Positions 1-13,990 of a stretch of DNA of 64,000 nucleotides are shown here, piece after piece. The notes beneath the pieces were generated by a model. It was given only the letters and a program-made list of their open reading frames with translations, was not told the origin of the DNA and ran no database searches. The stretch is taken from positions 47,430,001 through 47,494,000 of the forward strand of contig NC_042999.1 of the NCBI RefSeq assembly GCF_006345805.1. The letters are read 5' to 3'. Position numbers and translations under genes: made by a program. Positions within the stretch are counted from its first letter, which is position 1. Each line of letters begins with the position of its first letter. Origin of the DNA: Octopus sinensis (Eukaryota).

Positions 1-60
1 TCCAGTCTGGGTAGAGTATACAGCACAGAAACCGGGAAACCAGCCCTGTTAGTCTATATG
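1..60 (+). mobile_element. 3' fragment of V-domain-like SINE
   Basis: GAAACCGGGAAACCAGCCCT resembles the 3' part (GGAAACCGGTAAACCGGCCCT) of the SINE at 32287-32571 read on the minus strand; cut by the window edge. Confidence 0.4.
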
Positions 61-1891
61 TCGTGTACGTAGAACATATAGTTGACAGTAATCGTAAAAT
101 TCTGCTCCAAGAGAAGAAACTGCCGAATGAAGATGAGTTTACTGCTAGACGCCAAGAAAGAAAAAAACTAGGTTATCAATCGAAATCCCCTACATCATCT
201 GCAATATTGCATTGAGCATAAATATAGGACTAAAGTCTTAGAAAATCCCACGCTTAGTGACAAAACACCCATTATGTGTATTTTATTTAATTATATCTTT
301 TTCTAATAGCCCATGAAGAACAAAAAAAGAATGTCTTCAGTTTTAAGCACAGTATTCTGCAATGGCGAAAGCTTGTGTATTGATCCTGACTGTACAAGCC
401 AGAACTCTAAAGCAAAAATAAGTATTCTTCAGGATACTTATATGAACTTTCCATAAATGGACAATAGTTCTTTATGATGCTCACATAAACTTTCTGAAAA
501 ATATCTGGGAGTCTACCATTGCACTAGATATATGATATCGAAAGATAAATGGGCAAAATCATGACATACTCTACAGAAAATGAATGGCACAAAGCACAGG
601 GCTTCTAAGGCTGTTTTATATTTCGTTTTAAACAACCACATACAGTAAAGTTGTATTAAGGACACACAAATGAAGCAGATACAGAAGTCAAATAACGCTA
701 ACAATGTGTTACAAAGTTTGCCTAACCGAATTTTTGACAAGGAGCCACCATTCTATGTTCTTAACAGTACTGATTGATATTTTTATTTGTAATTTTTGTA
801 CAATCCTGCATTTCATCTAAAACCATTTTTCTTATCACTGCATTCCAACCTTTAATCATATTTCGGCATTATTTTGGCTTAACGATACCACGTACCCGGC
901 TCATCTCGAAACAAAGTGAATGGTTGTTCTTTGATTTGTATACAAATTATCTTCTACATCTACTACGCTACAGCACATCAGCAAATAGACTTCACTGTTT
1001 ATATATACGTCATAAAACTGCGATTGAATTCGTTTCGTGATTACGTAGTATAATGAAGCCAAAATAATGGCGAGATATCACTATGTATGAATCTCGCAGT
1101 TTCAGAGGCTTATTAGCTCGCTTTGATCGTGACATCCACTTGTTCTTTACCACTCGGTGTCTTTTGAGAAGCTTTTTCCAGACGTTATTCATCATAAAAT
1201 TTGGCGTATAAACAAAACACACAACATTTGTGTGACCGATAATGTTGACATTACTGCTTTTAATTCGTAATTTAATTTTTCTGTACCATGTGCTACACCG
1301 CCGCACATCAGCAAATAAACTTCACTCTATTTGCATCTACATCGTAGTCCATCAATTCACTTCGTTTTGAGGTTATCCCTCTACTTGTTATTAACAAGGC
1401 ATAAAAATAGCGAAATCAGCTTTCTCAGTGATTCTGACCCGATTTGTCTGGCCAGGTCTCTGACATTCATGGGCTCGTTAACGCACGGCGTCATTTGGGT
1501 GGCTTACCCAAAACCTTATCTCGCAGCAGGTTTGGCGTAGAAACAAAATATAGACTATGCAGGTGCAACCGATGGTATATATAAAAAGGGGATAGTCAGA
1601 AGTTTTGATAATAATGTTTTTTAACGCTCTCATCACGTTTCAAAGATTCCGTAGGTATGATTTATTCGGAAAAAATTATATCTTTTATGTACATGTATGA
1701 TAGCTAGCTAGGTAAGCTGTTTCTCTATATTTTCAGGTGCTAACGCAGTAGAGCTTGTGCAATTCTTTCTATCGAATGGATTTTCTGTGGATCATTGCGC
1801 GTTGGTAAAGGGAACTTTTGGTTTCACCAATTTAACTTCACCACACGCTCTGCACAATGCATACACATGTATATGCACACACGCATATATA

Positions 1892-1949
<58 letters not shown>

Positions 1950-1971
1950 TATATTATATATATATATATAT

Positions 1972-4054
1972 ATTTTAATGAGACGGCGTACAAAAATTTC
2001 AAATCGCCTAAACAAACAGATTGAAAGCAGTGAAAAGTCCCGCCTAAAAGTAAAACTGTTGGAAATTGAAAAATGTCTGCAACTCTCCCATGAAAAGGAA
2101 AGAGCAGACAAAGAAGCCTGGGCTATAGATAACATAAAATCTAACCCCAGAGCTGTCTACAGGTATGCCAAAGAAACAGCCACGGTGCACTGTAGAATAG
2201 GGCCACTCCTTGAAAAGGATGGCACACTCACAGGAAAACCAATGAGGGTAAGTGAAATACTGAATGAGCAATTCAAGAGTGTTTTCACTCCACCCCTTGG
2301 GCATCTCCAAATCACCAATCCAACTGACTTCTTTACCACTGCAGATATAAAATCAGAGGCGCAACGATAAATTACATCGATATAAAGGACGACGATGTAA
2401 TAAAGGCTATAGATGAAATGAAAACAGACTCTGCTACTGTCCACGATGGATTCCCGGCAATCCTCCTAAAAGCATGTAAGAGAGTCCTAGCAAGACCACT
2501 GCAGTTCCTCTTTCAGAGCTTCCTTGCAGCTGGCAAACTCCCAAGAAAATTGAAGGAAGGTAAAATATGCCCCATTCATAAAGGAGGTAGCAGAGCGGAG
2601 GCCAAGAACTACAGACCTATCTCTCTGACCTCACAAATCAGCAAGGTCATGGAACGAATAGTCAGAAGGAAACTGATCACCTTCCTTGAAGAAAATGACT
2701 TGCTGCCCGACACCCAACATGGTTTCCGACCAGGGAGAAGCTGTTTAACTCAGCTCCTACAACACTATGACTGGGTGCTGAAACGGCTGCTCAACCACTC
2801 AAATGTGGAAGTGATATATCTCGACTTTGCAAAGGCCTTTGATAAAGTCGATCATGGAATGATATGTCACAAACTGCGTGATCTCAACATAGTTGGAAAA
2901 CTGGGAGAGTGGCTTCATGACTTTCTGAAAGATAGAAGTCAGGTGGTAGTAGCAAATAGTGAGCGGTGTTCCGCAGGGCACTGTTCTGGGACCACTACTG
3001 TTCATAATGGCCCTCTCAGACATGCCCTCAGCCACGCAGAGAGCCACGATCACAAGTTATGCAGATGATACAAAAGTTTCAAAGGCCATACAGAACCCTG
3101 AGGACACTAAACGCCTGCAATGTGAGCTGGACAAAATATACAAGTGGGCTGAAAAGAATAGCATGCAGTTCAATGCTGAAAAGTTTCAAGCTTTATACTA
3201 TCAGCATGCAAAACTGAATGCAATACCCAATGAATACACTGGACCCGGAGGAATAGCAATCCCAGAGGCACAATCAGTGCGTGACCTGGGTATTTACATG
3301 AGTGATGACGCAACCTTTCGTGTACATGTTGCTAAATTGGCAATGAAATGTAGACGACTGGCCGGATGGATTCTCAGAACCTTTAGAACAAGAGAACAAG
3401 AAACCATGATGGTCCTCTGGAAGACACTTGTCCTAAGCCACTTTGACTACTGCTCTCAGTTATGGTCACCATCCAGTGTCATGTTGATCACAGAGCTCGA
3501 GGCGATCCAGCGTAGCTACACAAAGAAGATAGCCTCTATGCAGAATGTAAGCTACTGGGAAAGACTCAAGAGATTAAAACTATATTCCTTGGAGCGTAGG
3601 CGGGAAAGATATGCCATAATATACATCTGGAAGATCCTGGAGGGACGTGTCCCAAACTTTTGCATCGAGAGTTACACAAATGCCAGAACTGGGCGCCACT
3701 GCGTGGTGCCTAGGACTCCAAATTTGCCATCAAAATGTAGGACAAGATACTGTGATAGTCTGGGCTTCCGAGGCCCACAGCTCTTCAATATCCTCCCGAA
3801 GAACCTGAGAGACCTGCATGGGATGGATGCAGATGTCTTTAAAATGGAACTGGATCTCTTCCTGTCAGGTGTCCCAGATGAACCAACTTCACGGCAGGAG
3901 GGGCAGATGAGGGCAGCTGCATCGAACTCTCTCATGCACCAAATGGCAGTTGCTAAAAAGCTTTCGTGAAGTAAAACCAAGTAGCAACACCAAACGGTGG
4001 TGCCCCAGCATGGCCACAGCTCATGAGCTGAAACTAGAATCAATCAATCAATCA

Positions 4055-4057
<3 letters not shown>
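1972..4057 (+). mobile_element. 5'-truncated CR1/L2-group LINE, copy 1 (young)
   Basis: RT motifs QHGFRPGRSCLTQLL, YLDFAKAFDKVDH, GVPQGTVLGPLLF and YADDTK; C-terminal YWERLKRLKLYSLERRRERY; stop at 3969; short 3' UTR; (TCAA)n tail 4040-4057; (TA)n arrays on both sides. Confidence 0.95.
1978..3969 (+). pseudogene. Frameshifted LINE ORF2 (reverse transcriptase) remnant
   Basis: Three ORF pieces (1978-2370, 2418-3068, 2959-3969). Comparison with copy 2 shows a 1-nt loss near 2362 and a 26-nt deletion near 2953. Confidence 0.9.
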
Positions 4058-4098
<41 letters not shown>

Positions 4099-6118
4099 TA
4101 TATGTATATATGTACACACATATAGACTCAAGATAACAAAGAAAATAACTGTTCCAATTCTGCCAAAAAAAATAATAACTCCTGTTGTATCCTTGAAACG
4201 AGATGAAAGTAGTCAATAGATGGTTATCCAAAATTCTGCTGCCTCCACTTCCTTAATACTTAACTTCCATTCACCATTTCAAACAAACACAAACACACAC
4301 AGGTGTATATGCATATTTATACATGCAGGTACTTTTAGGTACTTGTATGTATCTATATGAAACAAACATATAGGAACTGCAGACCACAAATGGAACGTAT
4401 AAATAACAAATAGGATATTTATCACAAGATATGCCAGGAGACATTGTGACGTTGTGAACATTAACCTGCTTAACAGTTGTTTAATTTAACATACCACGAT
4501 TATTTTACTCTTAGAAATAACGATGGTCATTTGAGGAATTGTAATATCAATTCAACAAGCATTACCGAATGTACTGTGCACTCAATATATTCATATCACC
4601 ATAATCTAATAAGGAGCTTAGAAGAATGTTTTAAGCGACCCTACTAAAGCAAATATTATGTCACGTTGGTATTTAAAGTGAGTGCTTTAGAACATCATTC
4701 GTTCTTCATTGGTTTATATGAAAACAAAGTAGGAAATCTTCCTTACAAGTCATGACCTTTAACAAAGAGAGAACTCAGTGAACCATGCATGTTTAATGTT
4801 AGTTACTCTGATAGAGAGAAATGAGTCCACAATAATGAGAATTATGGCTTTCTAAAGAAAACCTGTGAAAAAAATATATCAAGTACACCAGGTTTAGAAA
4901 TTATGAAATATAAAGTAACAGAAAATGTGGAATAGCTTGACATGAGTTCGTATTGATGAAATATTTAGTTTCGAATTGTAACACCTGTTTTCGTGATGTT
5001 TTACGCTATAGAATTTAGAGTATTTAATGAAACGCTCCAAGGAAAGATATCTGAAGTCATTTTCACAACTTCTCCAGGATTATTTCTTGTTAATATACAT
5101 CACCGTAGCTTACATTTGTCAATTCATCTCATTTTACGTAGTAATTAAAACGTAATTTAAACAGTTGTTATACATTGTCTGGCTAAAAGAGTAACAATTA
5201 AGGTGCTAATCTGGCTGATGAGTAAAACGATATCTAAAAGTCTGTTGGCGGCAGCATGATCTACATTCTGCAAATATTCGACATTTCTTCCTGCTTCAAA
5301 AAGATATAAATTCGTAGTACCGACAACGTACAAAGAAGATGTAATACTCCCAGTGATAAAATATACTGCTTTCAAATAAATATGATTGTACTGCATCTGT
5401 GTACTACACACACACATACACACATACATACACACACAGACACAGACACACACACACACATGCACACACACACACGCACATACACACACAAGCACAACTT
5501 GCACAAACTGAGTTCTTAGCAGTAGATATTTTCATACGACAATGAAGTACGTGATTTACTGCAACCTGTTAGTTGTCAATGGCTAAATTGTAAAAAAAAT
5601 AAAATTTATTACACACATGAGACACTGGTAAACGTCTAACATATTCATTATAAAACTAATAATAGAGTGTAATAAATGAGGGATCGACTAGACGACGCCA
5701 TGCACTACGGTGTCGTGAACTTGATATCACTATTAGCATCCTTACTGAAAAGGTATAAAACAGTATATTGACGTTTATAACAAGATCCTGTATGTAATAA
5801 ATTTCCATAATATATTATCTGTTCGGTTGTAAAAAGCGTTAAAATATTTGGGTATACCCCCAAAGTAATCATTAGCATAAGTATGTTTATAGGTATGCAC
5901 ATGTATAACTATATTTATACATATGTGTAAACATGTAAATGTTCACTTGTATGCACGTCTATAGGCATGTGGAGAGGAATACATATGTGTTTGTAAGTAT
6001 GCATTTATGCACATATATGAATGCATATATGCCTACATATATATCCTGAAATAAATATTGTATATATATATATCTGGCTGTCTATCTAGCTGCCTCTCGC
6101 TCTCTCTCTCTCTCTTCT

Positions 6119-6153
<35 letters not shown>

Positions 6154-6354
6154 TGTATATATAGATATAAATACATATATGAATATATATGTATACACAT
6201 GTATACATATATATATATACATGTATGTATATATACATACATATATATATATAGATAGATAGATGTATATGCATATATCCATATATATGTATATATATAG
6301 AGATCTATATAAATATATGCATATATTTGTATATATATATATATGTATATACGC

Positions 6355-6386
<32 letters not shown>

Positions 6387-7423
6387 GCATACATACATGC
6401 ATACATACATGCATATATGCGTATATATACATATATACAAACCTGCGCCCATATATACATGCATACATACGCATATGTGCATATTTATGTAACGTGTTGA
6501 TGTTGGTGATACGCGTATTGCCTACGGCAATACATGAATGACTAACACATCAGTTGATAATACAGCACTCGTTCAACTCTTCCATTTGTGGTTCTTGTAT
6601 TCGTAACCTTCTGCAGGAGATATTGACTTGTTTGATCATACTTCTTGGTGTACATTTCATAATACTTCATGTGAAATATAGCTTGTCAGATTCTGAATCA
6701 GCTTACTGGGTGCCTGAGATCACGAATTCAAGAAGAAATACGAGACGATAAAACAAACGGCTCACCTCGAATATGACGAGGAATGAAAAATTCAACTTAG
6801 TGGAAACAGTGCAAACGTAAGAATAACCAAACTATTTACAACAGACAGCTGACAACAACCTTCACCAAATATGCTACAGCACTATGGTTTCAAGGTGTGG
6901 TCATATATAAAACGTTAAAGAATGGAGAAAATAATTATAAATACAACTACTGACAACAGATACTTTTATATTCATATATAAAAAGAGGTTAAAATATCTG
7001 AAGTGCAAAAATATATGTTTAATTTACGGAAATTACAAGTAGGATAAAATTTTCGTTCGAATGGCAATGTAGTCTAAAAGAGTAGATTTTTTTAAGAGTC
7101 GACAACAGGCTGGAATGTTTCCAAACACCAATTGTTTAATTTAGATGTTATCCTGAAATGAAATTACGATGATAGTTTTGCAAAAAAAAAAAGAAACAAA
7201 TCAATCCTATGTATATTTGCTTATTTCTAAAAGCACTATGCTTATGTTTATTGCTTATGATAGTAGCAATATGACCAAAATCCTGATGTATAATGGAGAA
7301 CAAGAAAGTGTTTCGAGTTTCTGTATATTGTATTTATCTTAGAAACAAATAAACGCGGCATACAATAAATACAGACGGAATACACCTATACATTTCAAAT
7401 TTCAGAACATGCATTACATATAC

Positions 7424-7498
<75 letters not shown>

Positions 7499-8429
7499 TA
7501 TAATATATATATATATATATATATATAATCTAATATACACACATACACACATATATATGTATGTATGTTTGTATGTATACACAAATACATATTGATAAAG
7601 AACTTTGCATGTATGGTATGCAAGTGCAAATTTGTGAATATTTTATGGGCATAGGCATATGCAGACACACTTCTTCAGAGAAACACACACACACAAACAC
7701 ACACATATGAACGGGGCAAGAATATATGAATTACAATTTGTACTACGTGAGTGTATACGGGTGTGTAAGTGTTTGCATACGCGTGTGGTTGTAAATTTAT
7801 CGACACATGAATTCATAGGTATGCATATGTCAATATGTGTGTGAGTGCCTATATAGCAATATGTGTCTCTTGCTAAATAGATTGCATTTTTACATATTAA
7901 CTTTTATTTTTGTAATTCGAGAATAAAGCACTTAATTATCGAAATTTTCTTTGCTTTTTCAATATCAGAATTTCAAAGCATGTGAGTAAAAGCCTAACAA
8001 TATGCTAAATACCGTCTAAATACAATATTGAGATAGAATTGAAATTTGATATAAAAGCAAGTAACTTGATTTTAGTCAGTTTAACTATAGGAAAAAGTTT
8101 AAAGAGACAGATGCATCCTGATCATGATGCACCATTCCAAATATATCGCGTGCTGCAGTTGGTGCGGTTAACTTGCATCTATTCAAATTACAAACATTGC
8201 ATACGTTTATCCCATACTCACAAATTTGAGCAAAACGGAAACACACACATACACGCAAGCACACGCATGTATATTTCCACACGTATTTCTACATTAGGAA
8301 CATATAGTATGGTACATAATACATATATACATACATATATATATATATATACATATTTATACATATATATATATATACATATATATACATATATATGCAT
8401 ATATATATACTATACATATATATATATAT

Positions 8430-8492
<63 letters not shown>

Positions 8493-9095
8493 TATATACA
8501 TATATACATATATATACATATATATATGTACATATATATATATATAATCACATTTATACACATATATCCATTTCTACATAGAAGTATATACATAAGTATA
8601 TATATTATATATATATATATATTATATATAGTATATATGTGTGTGGTGTGTGTGTGTGTGTGTGTGTATATATGTGTGTGTGTAAGGATGAATGTATACC
8701 TTAAACATGTACATATATTTATATACAAAATGTTAAACAAACACAAATATTCACTCAAAGCCTAACTGGACTGCGTAAAAGACGTAGGTTATATACAATA
8801 CATGTACACTTTATTTAGCTATCCAACTAAAGTTCATACACCATCCTGCAGTTCATTTACGGTTTACAGTGAATTTTTTGTGAGTATATCTTGAGTGTGC
8901 GTGTCCGCGTGTGTTTGTGTGAATGTGCTCGTGTGTGTGTTTGTGTGCATGTGTCGATATATATAAGCATAGTACACATCACGGCGTATATAACTGTATA
9001 TGCATACTTAGATACGGTTGAATGTATGCATATATATGCTTATACACATACGTGTGTGTGTACTTAACTTTTATCTGCTTAAATCATAAACGTGA

Positions 9096-9127
<32 letters not shown>

Positions 9128-9563
9128 ATTATATATATATATATATATACAAACACACAATTACAATCACTCGCATACGCATACTTATATATCATCCTCC
9201 ACACACACTAACGTATATATACACAAGCATATATAGATGCCTATAGTCAAGCCTGTTTGAAAGCAGTAAAACCACCATATAAAGTCAGGAACGCACACGC
9301 ACACACACACAGGCATACCCACAAGATCCCAGATATTCTGTGTACATACATTGCACATGTTTATGCAATAATGAATCTATCTATATGCCTGTCCGTCTAT
9401 TTACCCATCCATCTATATCTGTGTATATGCGCATGTACCCAGAAGCATAAATACATACACACGTAAACACAGCACGCCTGCGGGCACGCACACTGACACA
9501 CAGGCATACACACATATGGATATGCATATGTACCTACGTAAATGTACATAAATTAATACATAT

Positions 9564-9602
<39 letters not shown>

Positions 9603-9603
9603 G

Positions 9604-9669
<66 letters not shown>

Positions 9670-10789
9670 ATATATTATATCATATATATACACAGAGAGA
9701 GTCCACTCACAAAAACCCACCTATATACCAACACACATCTATGTGTATGAATGTATAGTTCCATAAGTTGCACTCTCTATGTCAAGTTGTTACCTCTTAT
9801 GTTCTCATACTCTAGTTTATATATTTCTCTTATCAGTCGCTTTGTTTACTATCGGATCTTTCATACTTTATTCATTATAATCGCATATCGCTCAACTTCT
9901 TCACTTCGTTCTTCGATAAATAATTAAGTTAAGTATATAGCAGAATTTCTAAAAATACTCATCGATACTTTTGATATTCTAATGGTGGCACAAAATAATT
10001 TTTATTGGGTTATTTGATTTTTTAATCATGTGTTTATTAAATATATATATATAGGTGCTTGTTTTCAATGCTAATATTAATAGCTTTAATTCTCTCTTTA
10101 TTAGTGTTAGTAATATTCAAATTAAAATAGATATTGATGTATTTTAGCATAACAGTCACGTACAATATCTAAATATTACTTGTTATATTGTTCCAGGACG
10201 TATAAAACATTACCTTAAATGGAATTAAACTGTAGAACGATATGTGATTTATTTCTTTAAAATTCCTTATTTGTGCTTGTTATTAAGAACATTAGAAGGT
10301 TTGTGTTGTCTACAAAAGATGTTTTGCGTCTCATGGGCAGGCTTCGACATTTTCTATCCAAAGTGGCTTCTCAACCCAAATTTAGATGCAATTATTTGTA
10401 GCTTTCTTTGCTTCGAGATTCGGTGATCCTAAAAAGAATGAATATTGTACCAGTACTTATGTACTGACACTGTAACGTTGTTGTCTTTATGTCTTAAAAC
10501 AACAATGACAAAATTATTTAGTCCATCTCAAAAATGTATATGAATGAGTTAATCAATAAATGTTATGTAAAACATCGATATTGAGAAAAAGAATAAGGGA
10601 AATAAAAGGATGCTATTCAAAGACGATCGTGCTTCTGTCAAATACTTCAATGAATATATTGTTCACAAGTCATGGTTATGTGCATAATATGTGTCTGGAT
10701 GTTTACCGCCACAAACCACTGTCGTCCAGTAGATATAATCATATCTTCAATATCAATAATAAAGTAGAAAATAAAATAAAATTATACTA

Positions 10790-10849
10790 ACAGTAATAAT
10801 AATGATAAAAATAAGAATAGTAATAATAATAATGATGATGACGATGGGG

Positions 10850-10885
<36 letters not shown>

Positions 10886-10898
10886 TAATAACAACAAC

Positions 10899-10937
<39 letters not shown>

Positions 10938-10977
10938 AATAATGATAATAATGATAATAATAATGATAATAATAATG

Positions 10978-11032
<55 letters not shown>

Positions 11033-11341
11033 TAATAATAATAATAATAATATTTCTATTATTGGCACAAGGGAGGAGGTGTGAGTCGATTATATAGAAC
11101 TCAGGGTTCGCCTGTTACTTATTACGTCGCCTTCGAAAGGATGTAAGTTAAAATTGACTTCGCTGGAATTTGAACTCAGAACATAAAGACGGACGACATG
11201 TTGCTAAGCATTTTGTCCGGCTTGCTAACGATTCTGCCAGCCTAAAGTCTCCCATAATAATGATGATAATAATAATAATAATAATAAATAATAATAATAA
11301 TAATATATAATAATAATCGAATAATAATAATAATAATATAA

Positions 11342-11372
<31 letters not shown>

Positions 11373-11535
11373 AAGAAGAAGAAGAAGAAGAAGAAGAAGA
11401 AGAAGAAGAAGAAGAAGAAAAGAAGAAGAAGAAGAAAGAAGAAGAAGAAGAGAAGAAGAAGAAGAAGAGAGAAGAGAACAGAAGAAAGAAAACGAAGAAC
11501 AATAACGATAATGATAGAAATAAAAATAGTAATGA
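10790..11535. repeat. Compound trinucleotide microsatellites (AAT)n/(ATT)n/(AAG)n
   Basis: Directly visible arrays, interrupted by a SINE at about 11052-11245. Confidence 0.95.
11052..11245 (-). mobile_element. tRNA-derived SINE with Nin/Deu-like domain
   Basis: Diverged match to the family at 31722-31946 (GGAATTTGAACTCAGAAC = B box on minus; GAAAGGATG = Nin/Deu-like core); embedded in (AAT)n. Confidence 0.75.
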
Positions 11536-11872
11536 TAATAATAATGATAAAAAAATATTAACTTCATTTATTTGCCACAAGCGCGTCCAGATGAAAGAAA
11601 AAGATTATAATCTGCGTGGGATTTTGGTAAACTCAGGTGAGAAGTAAGAGTAAAAAGTGTATGAAACGAGGTGAGGAGTTTTGAAAGGTATGAAGTATAT
11701 GGATAGATGATGCCGTCCTTTACACTCAGGAGGGCTTCCAGCTAGCGCCATTCATGTAGTCCCACAACTTTAGATCCAACTGACCACCAACAATTATTGC
11801 TCCGCCCCACCGCAATTCGTTTCTCCGACTTGCAGGTGCATGCTCAGATTAGTTCCACCTACCCAAATAATA

Positions 11873-11874
<2 letters not shown>

Positions 11875-11927
<53 letters not shown>

Positions 11928-12007
11928 TAATGTTAATGCTGATAATAACAATAATAGTTATAATGAAAATAACAATGATAATGATAGCAAATAATAATGA
12001 TAATACT

Positions 12008-12052
<45 letters not shown>

Positions 12053-12219
12053 AATTCTTTCTAATTTTGGCGGAATACCAGCAATTTAATAGGAAGTCGA
12101 TTACATCGTCCCCGACAACTAGTGTTTAATGTTATCGACCCCAAAAATATAAATGTCACGTTCGACCTCCGTGGAGTTTGAGTAGTGATAATATTGATAA
12201 TAATAATAATAATTAAATA

Positions 12220-12269
<50 letters not shown>

Positions 12270-12300
12270 TAATAATAATAATAATAACAATAATATCCAC
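11875..12300. repeat. (AAT)n arrays with a partial Nin/Deu-like SINE (about 12058-12182, minus)
   Basis: AAGTCGATTACATCG...TTATCGACCCC...TTCGACCTCCGTGGAGTTTG matches the SINE family; (AAT)n on both sides. Confidence 0.7.
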
Positions 12301-12516
12301 AAAAAATTCAAAATGGAAAAGAAAATAATAGTGTTCGAGAGATTCAATTTATAAATGCAAATAAAATGTTAAAAAAAGAAAACAAAAGTTTGAACTTTTT
12401 TGTTATATTGATTTAAGATTTTTTTTCTACTTCACATTAGTATATTTTTTTCTCCGTATAGTATTAATATATATGTATTATAATATTTTTCTTTTACTTT
12501 GTTTCATCGTATGTTA

Positions 12517-12522
12517 ACTTAC
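12517..12522 (-). promoter_or_regulatory. 5' splice donor GTAAGT of the nAChR exon
   Basis: Plus-strand ACTTAC at 12517-12522 is a consensus GTAAGT directly after the D-M codons. Confidence 0.9.
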
Positions 12523-12819
12523 CATATCCGAAAGTTGTGTGAGTGTTATTCCAAATTTGACCACTACGGTATGAGAGGCATTGTAAACCGGACGCGAAGC
12601 CGGATCATAGTCTGCTAGTAATTCCTGCATTAGGCGCTGTTCATCCGTAGGTATTGCAACATTTTGTACCAGTGTGCACAAAGATGCTAACAGTAGAAAA
12701 ACCCAACAGAGAAACATATTTCGTACAGAACTTGAAGCCCTACCCATTACGGTAGGAAAGGCAGGTTCACGGTGACAACGCGACCAGCGCTGACAGCATG
12801 GGATACCAGCTGCCAGCAT
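12523..12819 (-). CDS. First coding exon of a nicotinic acetylcholine receptor (Cys-loop pLGIC) subunit: signal peptide plus N-terminal helix and beta1
   Basis: Hydrophobic MFLCWVFLLLASLCTLV followed by DEQRLMQELLADYDPASRPVYNASHTVVVKFGITLTQLSDM matches the nAChR pattern E-x-R-L...Y...RPV-x-N...V-x-FG-x-T-L-x-Q-L-x-D. The frame ends at a phase-0 GTAAGT donor just before the expected DEKNQ exon. In-frame TAA lies upstream of ATG 12819. Alpha vs non-alpha cannot be determined from this exon. Confidence 0.9.
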
Positions 12820-13429
12820 CTCTTCGTTAGTTTAAGTTGTTTAAATGATAACTAAGAAAAAAAATAATGCTAAAACTAATAAACAGAAACAACTACGAGA
12901 TAATTGTAAGACGAAGTAAGGAAGAAAATGACAGGATCGTTGTTATGAGCTACTTTCCTAATCCAGAACACAACTTCATTTGCATCATTTTTTTTTGCTC
13001 GATTAGTCACTAAACACTAAATACAGGGGAAAAAAATAAAAAAAAAGCGCAATTAAATATAAGAAAAATTAAAAAGGGAAAATAATTGTAAAAATATACA
13101 TATATATATATAAAGAAGCATCTATGTGTCTTTTATATGAAAAGCTCTTATTGAAAATGAAGATGATATATATAATGATAGTTTGTGTGGGTTGTTATAG
13201 CAGTAGTGGTGGTGGTGCTGGTGCTGGTGGTCTTTGATGAGGTGGGGACATGAAGGCTGGTAGTGTGTTGACATATAATGCATTTCCTTCTTTCAGACCA
13301 TTTTAAATATTTTTGTCCTTAAAACCCTTTTCCACTGCGTTCAAAACATTGTAAATCCCTCTTTGTTTATTTCTTCTTTTTGCTCTTGTTTAGCTTTCAT
13401 TTATTCATTCTTTCATTCACTCCTTCAGT

Positions 13430-13703
13430 CACCATCATCATCATCATCATCACCATCACCATAATCATCATCATCATCCTCATCATCATCATCATCATCA
13501 TCATCGTCATAGTCATCCTTTTCAGTTTTTCAGCCCGCAGTTCCACCCCCACCACCACCATGGCTTATAGTTTTTTTCCTTCTCATTTTTCTCACTCCGT
13601 AATTATTATTTTTTTTGTTTTGTTTTTTGCCTTATCACTTTTATCTTCTTTTTTATCTTTTCCTTTTTACTCAATCATGTTACAAATGATGCGATGAGAC
13701 CTG

Positions 13704-13738
<35 letters not shown>

Positions 13739-13990
13739 GTTGCTGCTGGCTGCTGCTGCTGCTACTATTGACCGCGCTGCTGAAGTTTGTGTTGTTTGAG
13801 TTGTTGTTGTATTTGCTGTTACCGCTGCTGCTGCATCTGATGCTGCTGCTGCTGCTCTTACAGTTGATGCAGTTCTTGTTATCTGTTATTATGGCTAGTA
13901 TGATAGAGTTGGCGATGGCGATGGTGGTGGCGGTGGCTCTCCGTGTTGTTGTCACCACCGCGGCTGCGGCCGCTTTTCTGGATGCTGTTG
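13430..13990. repeat. (CAT)n, (CTG)n and (TTG)n trinucleotide tracts in a GC-richer segment upstream of the nAChR start; possible 5' UTR
   Basis: Repeats are directly visible; GCGGCCGC and other CpGs near 13960-13975. The UTR role is inference. Confidence 0.6.

Noticed and set aside
5157-5400. Minus-strand ORF tail RLLDIVLLISQISTLIVTLLARQC as a possible nAChR M4 exon
   Set aside because: It lacks the W..VA.V.DR motif before M4, and no Cys-loop or M1-M3 exons lie between it and the first exon.
6550-6780. Short open frames on both strands in the presumed intron
   Set aside because: No resemblance to the expected DEKNQ/WxD/WxPD exon; no convincing splice pair.
10790-12300. CRISPR-like or satellite periodicity in the repeat-dense segments
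   Set aside because: Only 2-4 bp unit microsatellites and SINE pieces; no repeat-spacer structure, no cas genes, eukaryotic context.
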